Shown: in pieces, positions 57,472 to 64,000 of the stretch
How the letters are laid out: every line of letters starts with the position of its first letter
Numbering within the stretch: the first letter of the stretch is position 1
Origin: Polyangiaceae bacterium
Lineage (GTDB): Bacteria; Myxococcota_A; Polyangia; Polyangiales; Polyangiaceae
Direction: 5' to 3'
DNA length: 64,000 nucleotides
Assembly: GCA_044376115.1 (NCBI GenBank)
Contig: JBILLK010000008.1
Span: forward strand, 32,001 to 96,000
Made by a program: the position numbers and the translations under genes
The notes under the pieces: generated by a model
The model's database searches: none
Told to the model about the DNA's origin: nothing
The model's input: only the letters and a program-made list of their open reading frames with translations

Positions 57472-58698
57472 TTAGCCGCTCCCCAGAAGTTCGAGCCGTT
57501 GCGCAAAGTCGGCCAGCAGCTGCGTTCGCCCGAAGCGACCTCGGGCGAGGACTCGACTCTGTTCACGCCAAGCCTCGAGCTCGGCAACGGAGAGCGCACG
57601 CACCTCGTCCACCACCCGCAGGAACCCCTGCACATCACCGTGCTCTACATGGTAGCCGTGCCGGCACTCGGCCGTAAGCTCGCCGAGGTGGCTGTCCCGC
57701 GGACCAACGAACAGAAACGGCACGCCCGCCTCAAGAATCGAATAGATCTTGCTCGAATGAGCGAGGCCGACGGCTTCATTACCCATAATAATCAATTGTA
57801 GGTTCGCGAGGCCCAACGACGCGCCGAGCTTCTCCCGTGGTTGATGGGGCAGTTGATGTACGTTGCTGAGGTTCTCTCGCCGCACGACCTCCACCACGTC
57901 TCGCGCTCGCGTCCCCTCCCCGATAAAGGCGAAGGCCACGCCTGGGTCGTGTTTGAGTGCCACCGAAGCCGCTAACACGGTATCGAGCGGATGTATGTGG
58001 CTCAGATTCCCTGAGTGGGCAATGACGAAGGCGTGCGCAAGACCGAGTTGCTGACGAAGCTTGCTCGCGTCTTGCGAAGCTGACCCAGCGTCCTCCGTTT
58101 GATGCGCAGGCCAGAGTGGAACCACCGCCACGCGTTCAGGAGGTATCTTCGCTTGTTGCAGGGTGCGCTCACGCATCCAGCGGTCCATCACCACCACCAG
58201 CGCGCTCTCACCGAGCGTAAACGCATGGAGCTTGCGCAAGAGCCTCGCCGACTTCGCATTCGGCGCGAGATGCCCCAAGGCGACGGCCATCTCGTGGTTG
58301 ACGTTCATGAGCCAGTGAACGAACGGGACACCCCAATGACGTGCGGCGAGCGCACCTTGCAGGCCCACGAGCGGTGGAGACGTAAAGGCCAAGACCAGGT
58401 CGGGCCGCGGCAAGCTCGTCAATGTGTATGCGTGCATCAGCTCGTACGAAACCGTGTCCAAGAGTCGCCCCGCCAACCCCTGCTTGCCGAACCCGGTCGA
58501 CGCCACGCGCACGATGCGAATGTCTTCCAGACGATCCACCTTGGGGTATCGCTTCATCCGGTCGGTGTAGTCGCGGCAGCCGGCTAAGGCGGTCACCTCG
58601 TGTCCGCGCTTGGCGAGAAACGTTGCTATATCGGTGGCGTACTGCGATGTAGCCACGCTATCAGGCCAGAAGGCTTGGTTGAGTATCAGGACTTTCAA
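57472..58698 (-). CDS. Glycosyltransferase family 4
   Basis: LNQAFWPD, TSPP, HSGNL, SKIYSILEAGVP. Confidence 0.9.
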   Translation of the reverse strand: MKVLILNQAFWPDSVATSQYATDIATFLAKRGHEVTALAGCRDYTDRMKRYPKVDRLEDIRIVRVASTGFGKQGLAGRLLDTVSYELMHAYTLTSLPRPDLVLAFTSPPLVGLQGALAARHWGVPFVHWLMNVNHEMAVALGHLAPNAKSARLLRKLHAFTLGESALVVVMDRWMRERTLQQAKIPPERVAVVPLWPAHQTEDAGSASQDASKLRQQLGLAHAFVIAHSGNLSHIHPLDTVLAASVALKHDPGVAFAFIGEGTRARDVVEVVRRENLSNVHQLPHQPREKLGASLGLANLQLIIMGNEAVGLAHSSKIYSILEAGVPFLFVGPRDSHLGELTAECRHGYHVEHGDVQGFLRVVDEVRALSVAELEAWREQSRVLARGRFGRTQLLADFAQRLELLGSG

Positions 58699-59465
58699 TG
58701 AACGCTCTCCTCTTGCGTTGAGGGTTGGCCCTTACCGAGAACTGCCTTTACTGGCTCGCCGAGCCCGGGCGGAGCCATCGGCCTGAACGGTTGCTCTCTT
58801 CGCGTCATGCTCACCAGGTCCTCCGTGGCACCGAGGGCGCGAAGACGGCAGGCCAAGAGCGAAAGGGCAAGCGGGCGTGAAACCAATACCAGCGCAGTCA
58901 ACCCCAATAACTGCATATCGAACCAGAGCGTCCGGTGTTCGATATAGAACAGGCAATAACGACTTTTCCAGGGGCGAACCAACTGGTGATAGCCAAGATC
59001 GGGATCGGGCTCATTGCGCAGGATCTCTTGCTCATCCGAGAAGACGATCGACGATATATCTGTGATACCCGGCGGCACCGAGAGGATACGCCGTTCCACG
59101 TCGGAGTACATGAGGCACTCGCGCGAGCAGTTGGGCCGTGGCCCCACGAAGCTCATTTCACCCACCAGGACGTTCAGAACTTGGGGCAACTCATCCAGCT
59201 TGGTGCGCCGAAGGCGGTGGCCCAGCGGCGTGATCCGCGGGTCGCCGGCGGGCGTTGCGTCGACCCCCGCTTTATCTGCATTGGGAGTCATCGTCCTAAG
59301 CTTCAACTGCCGAAATGGGCGCATATCCTTGCCCACCCGAGGGCCCGCGTAGAGCGGCGACTTCCGATCGAAGAGCCAGATCAAGCACGAGAGCGGCAAC
59401 AGCAAGACCAGTATCGGCGGAAGCAGAACCAAGGCTAGCGCTATATCAAATAGACGTTTGGTCAT
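58695..59465 (-). CDS. Bacterial sugar (phosphoglycosyl) transferase
   Basis: KRLFD, KLRTM, DPRIT, LDELPQ..NVL.GEMSFVGPRP. Confidence 0.93.
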   Translation of the reverse strand: MTKRLFDIALALVLLPPILVLLLPLSCLIWLFDRKSPLYAGPRVGKDMRPFRQLKLRTMTPNADKAGVDATPAGDPRITPLGHRLRRTKLDELPQVLNVLVGEMSFVGPRPNCSRECLMYSDVERRILSVPPGITDISSIVFSDEQEILRNEPDPDLGYHQLVRPWKSRYCLFYIEHRTLWFDMQLLGLTALVLVSRPLALSLLACRLRALGATEDLVSMTRREQPFRPMAPPGLGEPVKAVLGKGQPSTQEESVH

Positions 59466-60426
59466 TGCCGGCTCCTTGGGTCCGGGCGCTACGCTGCGCA
59501 CTCGCTAGCAGCCGCACCACGTCGAGCGCGCTCTGTCCGCTCGAGAGCGGCACCTGTCGATCCCGGACTCGGCGAAGAAAGTGTCTGAGTTCAATGGCCA
59601 GCGGCTCACTGCAGCTGGAGAAGAGGAGTCGGCCTTGGGCAGGCTCTACCGAGCCTAGCGCATGGAAGCGGACGCACCCGTTGAGTTCGTCGAGGGTGAG
59701 CATGCCCCCATCGCCGATCAGTGTCATCCGCCGCTCCTTTTCTGGCCAATGAGACGAGACGTGGTGGTGCGCGCGCACTCCATTGCTGAACACGAGGTGC
59801 AGATGCACATCGTCATCGATGCCCGGGTCCACGTGCGCACTCGTCTCCGCCCGAAGCTCGATCACGTCCGCGTCCACGAGGTGCAAGGTGACCGCGAGGT
59901 TGTGGACCGCAAGGTCCCAAAGTGCTCCTTCTGGCCTGTTGCTGCCTGGCCCCAAGCGACGGTGATGAAGCCCTTGGAGTCGGCCGAGCCCACCACGCTT
60001 TAGGAAGCGCTTGGCCCAACCGATGATGGGCTGGAATAGTAGAATATGACCGACCATGAGGATGGCTTGGCGCTGCGCGGCGATCGCCACGAGCTGTTCT
60101 GCCTCGTCCATCGATAGTGCCATCGGCTTCTCGAGAAATACGTCTACACCGTGCTCCAGACAGCGCCGACCGAGCTGATAATGAGTATGCGCCGGTGTCG
60201 CGATCAGCACCGCGTCGACACCATGCGCCAGCAGCGCCTCAAGGTTCGGATATACCAATAGCTCCGGGTGGTCCTTCTCGAGTTTGGCGCGCCGCACGGG
60301 GTCGATCTCGACCAATCCACGCACGGCTCGTAGTTGCTTCAATACACGGAGGTGTTGTTGCCCCCATGCGCCGACTCCCACGAGTCCGACGGTCGGAGCG
60401 CGGGAATTCGCATCCCTGTGCGACAT
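59446..60426 (-). CDS. Gfo/Idh/MocA oxidoreductase
   Basis: GVGAWG, IATP..TH, EKPMA, WDLAVH. Confidence 0.9.
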   Translation of the reverse strand: MSHRDANSRAPTVGLVGVGAWGQQHLRVLKQLRAVRGLVEIDPVRRAKLEKDHPELLVYPNLEALLAHGVDAVLIATPAHTHYQLGRRCLEHGVDVFLEKPMALSMDEAEQLVAIAAQRQAILMVGHILLFQPIIGWAKRFLKRGGLGRLQGLHHRRLGPGSNRPEGALWDLAVHNLAVTLHLVDADVIELRAETSAHVDPGIDDDVHLHLVFSNGVRAHHHVSSHWPEKERRMTLIGDGGMLTLDELNGCVRFHALGSVEPAQGRLLFSSCSEPLAIELRHFLRRVRDRQVPLSSGQSALDVVRLLASAQRSARTQGAGNDQTSI

Positions 60427-60641
60427 AGCTACCTGCTAACGCAATGATGAATAGGCGGTTCGCCCGCCAAGCGGTTACCGGCCAATCCCCACCCCCTAGC
60501 GCGTTGATCACAAATCTGTGCGCTCGCGCACAAATGAGGCCACACGCACTTCTAGCCTAGTTCGTGTGAATATTCGGAACGGGCGCGCAACGAAGCTAGG
60601 TCTGCTGCTCCATCAAACGGGGTCGCGGAAGGAAGCCGCCC

Positions 60642-61517
60642 CTAGTCGAACTTGGTCCAATGAATGTCGACTGTGCCGGTCTCCGTGCACGGGATCCAGC
60701 AGGCGTTCGGCTGTGGGGTGAGCAGCGTCTCTTGGTAGAAGTATTGGACGGTCCCGGAAGGGATCGAGCCGTCGATGAAGTGATCCACGCGCCAGAAGCA
60801 GCCGTCGAACTCGGCGATGAACTCGACAAAGCCGGTGAGGGAGACAACGCCGTTCGGCGTAACACTGCCCGACAGGAATATCTGCATGCCTCCGGTGGAG
60901 TTCAACGTCGCCGTGACCGGCCCACCATCACACGGGTAGTTGATGACGCCTTCGGCGCCCTTCTCGATCGGCAGGTCCTGACAACCCGGGTCGGACGGAA
61001 CCGAGCCAGTCACCTCGAGCGTCGGCGAGCAGTCCCCAACATCGCAATCCGAGTCCACCTCGCCATTGCAATTGTCGTCGATACCGTTGCAGCTCTCGAG
61101 GATATCCGGCCCCTTCGAGCAGCCGGCGCACGAACGCACATCGTCAAAGCACTCGTCGTTGTCCGGTCCGTCACAGGCTTCCCCGATACCGAAGCCATTG
61201 TCGATGACCCCATCGCAATCGTCGTCCTTGTCGTTGCACAGCTCCTCGACCGGTCCGACTTCACCGATGCACGGGCCAAAGGAGCCGTCGGCTAGGCAGG
61301 TCGCGAGCCCCAGCGAGCATTCGCCTACGTCGCTACCACAAGGCTGCTCCTTACCGATGCAAAGCTCGGGAGGGCTGCCGCCTCCCCCAAGGCCACCGCC
61401 ACCGAGTTCACCGCCAGCCCCGCCGCCGGCTTGCTCGAAGTCGGGCAGCCCGGTACGGGCGCCGCAAGCCACCCCAAGGCAAAGGAGTACCGAGCAAACG
61501 AAGCGCATGGCCAGCAC
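60642..61517 (-). CDS. Cys/Asp-rich lipoprotein with E(L/S)CN-x2-D-D-x-C-x-G repeats
   Basis: VACGART; ELCNDKDDDCDG and ESCNGIDDNCNG. Confidence 0.8.
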   Translation of the reverse strand: MLAMRFVCSVLLCLGVACGARTGLPDFEQAGGGAGGELGGGGLGGGGSPPELCIGKEQPCGSDVGECSLGLATCLADGSFGPCIGEVGPVEELCNDKDDDCDGVIDNGFGIGEACDGPDNDECFDDVRSCAGCSKGPDILESCNGIDDNCNGEVDSDCDVGDCSPTLEVTGSVPSDPGCQDLPIEKGAEGVINYPCDGGPVTATLNSTGGMQIFLSGSVTPNGVVSLTGFVEFIAEFDGCFWRVDHFIDGSIPSGTVQYFYQETLLTPQPNACWIPCTETGTVDIHWTKFD

Positions 61518-61567
61518 CGTCGGACAACGGGGGGCTCAGCGCAAATCCAATGGGATCCAAGCGACGC

Positions 61568-62227
61568 CTAGGCCAAGAGCTCACAGCTCGGCAGGCGGAG
61601 CGTCTGACCGCTAGAACCGGCGCGCCATAACCCTATATCGACGGCGTATTGCCCATCTGCGGCGACCGCAAGTTCGGCCCCCATACCTGCCGCAAGTTGC
61701 TGGAGCGCTGAACTCGCCTGAACCTGCGATGGAAGCCAGATCGTCTGCACCGTCAAGCGCTCATAGCCGCTTACCGATTGCAACGCCCCCCGCCGCCCCT
61801 CCGGCCATTCACGCGGCGCACTCGCGCCCGGGAAGGTGAACATCATTGGCTGCTCCAGCGCATCACTGTCCCTTGCGACCTCAATCGCGAGGTCCGCAGG
61901 CAGGTAAGGCGGCTTGTAAGGCCACGTGCTCGGCCCCGCCCCCTCCCCGCTCGTTGGGCGCCAAGCGAAGCCAAACGGGTTCGCCCCGTTTACCCGCCAA
62001 TGCGCGCGTTCCGCTAATTGCATGGGCGCGATCAACGGCGAACGCGCCTCTGCCTCATCCGTCAACCAAAGCACCTCGAGATAGGCGTTCTCAAAGCAGT
62101 AACAGACATTCGCCGTGCCCTGACCAACGTGCGTCCGGCGGTACGTCGGCGTGAGCCCAAGCCCCTCCAGCTTGGCGACCTCGGGAGCCTCCAGGCTGGT
62201 CATAAAGAAGAGATGGTCTAGCTCCAT
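61568..62227 (-). CDS. VOC/glyoxalase-like protein
   Basis: ELDHLF...HVGQGTAN...YLEVLW. Confidence 0.85.
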   Translation of the reverse strand: MELDHLFFMTSLEAPEVAKLEGLGLTPTYRRTHVGQGTANVCYCFENAYLEVLWLTDEAEARSPLIAPMQLAERAHWRVNGANPFGFAWRPTSGEGAGPSTWPYKPPYLPADLAIEVARDSDALEQPMMFTFPGASAPREWPEGRRGALQSVSGYERLTVQTIWLPSQVQASSALQQLAAGMGAELAVAADGQYAVDIGLWRAGSSGQTLRLPSCELLA

Positions 62228-62273
62228 AAAGGTCCTCGAGGCGCAGCCTTACAACACTTGGTTCGCCAGAGCA

Positions 62274-62777
62274 TTAGTGCACCGCGCGAGCCTCGACATG
62301 CTCGCGCAAACCAGTCATCAGCGAGCCCCAGAAGAGCCCAATCATGCGGGCAAACGGCGCCGCAACGAGTCCGTGGCGAGCAGGATGATCCTCGGGCAAC
62401 GAAGACCAACCAAAGTGCCGTACGCGCACCAGCGTGCCGTCATTCTGCGCGGTGAAGGTGACATCGACCGTGGTCGACTCACCCTCGGCGAAATTCACAC
62501 CGCGCCAAATGAAGGTCAGCCGCGCGCCTGGCTCCCACACGGTGATGGTGCCGAATACGAAGGTGCGCTCGCCGTGCGCGCCCTCAAAGGTCTCGAACAG
62601 CCGCCCTCCGACGCCTGCCTCGAGCGCAAGCCGACCACGCCGCTTACCGGCTATTCGATAGGCGGGGCCGGTGCGCCACCACAGCTCAATCTCGTTCGTA
62701 AAGACCTCGAACGCGTCCGTTGGGGACACCCGAACGAAGACGCTGACGACCGCCTGGTCTCCCGGCGCGACCGTCAC
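62274..62777 (-). CDS. SRPBCC (AHSA1-like) protein
   Basis: AFEVFT...WW...WEPG.RL.F.W...VRVRH.GW. Confidence 0.85.
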   Translation of the reverse strand: MTVAPGDQAVVSVFVRVSPTDAFEVFTNEIELWWRTGPAYRIAGKRRGRLALEAGVGGRLFETFEGAHGERTFVFGTITVWEPGARLTFIWRGVNFAEGESTTVDVTFTAQNDGTLVRVRHFGWSSLPEDHPARHGLVAAPFARMIGLFWGSLMTGLREHVEARAVH

Positions 62778-63115
62778 GCGCGGCTCCTTGGCGAACGAGT
62801 CGCCTCGGCGTGCGCCTTGAACGCATCAAGCTCCTTCGCCCAGAACGACTCAACGTCGTCGAGCCAGCGACGGAGCGCGCGGAACTTACCGGGCTTTAAG
62901 CGATAGGTGCGAATGCGCGCGTCCTCCCCTGCGTGAGCCTCCTCCACCAAGCCGCTCTCCCTCAGCACCCGCAAGTGCCGGCTCATCGCCGGGGCGCTCA
63001 TCGCGAGCTGACTTGCGAGCTCCCCCGCGCGCCGAGGATTGCGCCGCAACAGATCGACAACGGCCCGCCGCGTTGGATCCGCGAGCGCCGCGAAGGTGCG
63101 GTCCAGCTCGCTCAC
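62774..63115 (-). CDS. ArsR/SmtB-family regulator
   Basis: FAALADPTRR...SRHLRVLRESGLV; GTGA overlaps. Confidence 0.92.
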   Translation of the reverse strand: MSELDRTFAALADPTRRAVVDLLRRNPRRAGELASQLAMSAPAMSRHLRVLRESGLVEEAHAGEDARIRTYRLKPGKFRALRRWLDDVESFWAKELDAFKAHAEATRSPRSRA

Positions 63116-63558
63116 GAGGCCGACTTCGGGCTGCGAAGCCGCTGGTAGAACCACCAGTGGTGCCCGCCGAGATCACGGCATTCGTAGCCGCGATCCGACC
63201 AGTACTCCTCACCGTAGTCGGTTACGTAGGGCTCCTTAACGATCACAGCGCCCGCCTTCCGCGCGCGCTCACAATGAGCCTCCACATCGTCGATATAGAC
63301 CATCATATTCTGCGTATTGGCGCCGTTCACACGGGAGGGCGGGGTCATGTATGGGAACTTCTCCGGCTTGGCGGTCCCCACCATGATCACGCCTTCACCC
63401 AAGGTGAGTTCGGAGTGCTCGACCGCACCGCCCTCCCCTTCCACCTTGATACGCAGCTCGAAGCCGAAGGCCGTACAGAGCCAATCAATCGCAGCGTTGG
63501 CGTCCTCATAATAGAGCGACGTGGAGATTCGGGGCCAGCCAGGCGGGGAAGGTTTCAT
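63112..63558 (-). CDS. VOC/glyoxalase family protein
   Basis: AAIDWLCTAFGF...HSEL...RDLGGHHW. Confidence 0.88.
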   Translation of the reverse strand: MKPSPPGWPRISTSLYYEDANAAIDWLCTAFGFELRIKVEGEGGAVEHSELTLGEGVIMVGTAKPEKFPYMTPPSRVNGANTQNMMVYIDDVEAHCERARKAGAVIVKEPYVTDYGEEYWSDRGYECRDLGGHHWWFYQRLRSPKSAS

Positions 63559-63582
63559 GTTCAGGTCCTTTCTTCGAGGAAC

Positions 63583-63608
63583 AATAGTTAACATTATGCG
63601 CAACTATT
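63583..63608. promoter_or_regulatory. AT-rich inverted repeat; probable ArsR operator
   Basis: AATAGTT-N12-AACTATT upstream of the VOC-ArsR-SRPBCC operon. Confidence 0.6.
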
Positions 63609-63702
63609 TCAAGTCCCAAGATATTCCGTGGCGAACGCGGGACGAGCTGGCGGGGACAAAGGCGCGCTGGCTCGGTGAAAGTAGCTTCGCTACGCTCGCG
63701 CG

Positions 63703-64000
63703 ATGGAGCAGCTGCCGCCCGAGGAAGACCGCGCTTGGATTCATGAGCACCTCCGCTTGCTGATCCAAGAGCGCGGGGCGTCCCCGTTCCTCTGCGCGGA
63801 GCTGCTCGAACCAACGGCACGTGCGTTTCCCGAGCCATTCACCGGTGACATCCCGAGCGCCAAGCGGCTGCTACGCCGGCTGCTTTGCGCCGCGTCCCTC
63901 ACGAAGGTGCCATTCGAGGTCACAGCGGGCGACGAGGACGAAACCGTGCCGGTCGGCAATCTTCACGTGCACGAAGCGGCCGCCTGGTTCGCGGGCTCAG
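63703..64000 (+). CDS. Hypothetical protein, partial (runs off the window end)
   Basis: Own translation MEQLPPEEDRAWIHEHLRLLIQERGASPFL...AAAWFAGS; open to the end. Confidence 0.65.
   Translation, partial: MEQLPPEEDRAWIHEHLRLLIQERGASPFLCAELLEPTARAFPEPFTGDIPSAKRLLRRLLCAASLTKVPFEVTAGDEDETVPVGNLHVHEAAAWFAGS

Noticed and set aside
1..64000. IS elements, prophage, rRNA
   Set aside because: No transposase, integrase, phage structural or rRNA signature was recognised.

Overview
GC-rich bacterial chromosome segment, probably Myxococcota (Polyangiales-like). This is inferred from the AgmX/PglI-type, FGE, FHA, Ser/Thr kinase and Cys-rich lipoprotein content. About 58 CDS are supported; no rRNA, canonical tRNA, CRISPR or transposase was seen. 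The left part is a DNA-repair neighbourhood: recA with a LexA-like box, an SprT-like zinc peptidase, an HD protein and a coupled bactofilin-addB-addA operon. A possible metabolic islet follows (15.8-23.2 kb) with two paralogous Rieske oxygenase alpha subunits, one lacking the Rieske cluster ligands. Next come housekeeping and signalling genes (molybdoenzyme, THUMP methyltransferase, kinase, acyl-CoA ligase, miaB), small accessory genes, an EPS operon fragment and a VOC-ArsR-SRPBCC operon. The most notable signal is the ~550-nt non-coding region at 49069-49614. It holds a circularly permuted tRNA-like module (T arm, closed acceptor stem, D arm; YrlA/Y-RNA-like) and two to three further structured RNA units. 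It lies directly upstream of a soluble slipin/SPFH gene with triplicated N-terminal modules, and no Ro60 or RtcB gene is in the window. All calls come from reading motifs by eye; no searches were run.
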